Source: Octopus sinensis (taxonomy: Eukaryota). From it: a stretch of 64,000 nucleotides of DNA. The position numbers and the translations under genes are program-made. The stretch's first letter is position 1; every line of letters begins with the position of its first letter. This document shows, piece after piece, positions 63,117 to 64,000 of the stretch. The notes beneath the pieces are model-generated. The model saw only the letters and a list, made by a program, of their open reading frames with translations, was not told where the DNA came from and did not search any database. The DNA is taken from positions 45,384,001-45,448,000 of the forward strand of contig NC_043008.1 of the NCBI RefSeq assembly GCF_006345805.1, in the 5' to 3' direction.

Positions 63117-64000
63117 ATGATCCTTGAGAACTGTCACAACAAGCGCAGAAATCTCAGCACCGCATGGATTGACTACAAAAAGGCCTTCGACAGTATACCG
63201 CATCCATGGGTCTTGAAATCGCTGGACATCTTCAAAATTTCCCCTGTGATTTCAAACTTCCTGAAGCACAATATGTCGTTGTGGAATACGAATCTCCAAT
63301 TATACCACTCTAATGGAGTACTTGCCTCAGAAAATATAAACATCAACTGTGGAATTTTTCAAGGTGACTCACTTTCACCTTTAATATTCTGCATAGCCCT
63401 AATACCCCTTACAAGTGAATTAAACAGAACAGGGTATGGGTATAAATTGCCAATAAAAAAATAAGCCATCTATTTTATATGGATGACTTAAAACTTTATG
63501 GTAAAGACAATAATGAACTTGAAGGCCTATTGCGCACCGTGAAAGCATTCAGCGATGACATCGGGATGGAGTTTGGACTTGAGAAGTATGCCAAGGCCAC
63601 TTTCCAGAAAGGGAAAGTGAAGACCACAAATTCAGTCGTGTTAGATGTTGACACAGTCATAAGAGAGCTTGAGCAAGAACAAACATACAAATATTTAGGG
63701 ATAAATGAAGGCTCTGGTATTCAGCATGCAAGCATGAAAGAGAAAATCAGGAAGGAATGTTATAGGAGAGTTCGTGCAGTCCTGAAATCTGAACTAAATG
63801 CACGTAACAAGGTGTTAGCTATAAATTCCTTAGCAGTTCCAGTTGTTACTTATAGCTACAATGTGTTGAACTGGAATTTGAGTGAAGTAAAGAATATAGA
63901 TAGGAAAATACGCAAGCTGCTGAGTTGTAATAGGATGCACCACCCAAAGGCAGACGTAGATCGCCTTTACCTTCCCAGAGCCCAAGGAGGTCGAGGCCTG
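63117..64000 (+). mobile_element. R4/Dong-type reverse transcriptase, 5'-truncated, one frameshift near 63446, runs off the window
   Basis: AWIDYKKAFDSIPHPW, GIFQGDSLSPLIF, ISHLFYMDDLKLY, GMEFGLEK, YKYLG, RLYLPRAQGGRGL. Confidence 0.93.

Overview
This is a repeat-saturated, AT-rich animal genomic window, most likely octopus, judged from the tRNA-derived SINE families and the extreme (TA)n/(CA)n load. No host gene can be called with confidence, and most ORF-track entries are microsatellite artefacts. Retroelements: two near-identical copies of a young CR1-group LINE (13584-17413 and about 18480-23730). Its ORF1 carries an N-terminal Myb/SANT (trihelix)-like domain plus a CCCH zinc finger, and the longer copy is preceded by a 16-monomer AT-rich array. 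There are also further CR1, RTE and R4/Dong-type relics, many Penelope-like element (PLE) pieces including a 2-kb palindrome (52216-54242), and SINEs. DNA transposons: mariner and maT relics, and a Helentron helicase+endonuclease relic split by a hAT-like transposon with intact TIRs and an 8-bp TSD. The most striking unannotated signal is a non-coding tandem/inverted array of about 525-bp units (4881-7535). Each unit carries a type I hammerhead ribozyme with a palindromic minimal stem III and a long stem II, which makes it a retrozyme-like candidate source of small circular RNA. Four other hammerhead-like families occur in the window. All calls come from reading the sequence by eye, and boundaries of degraded relics are approximate.
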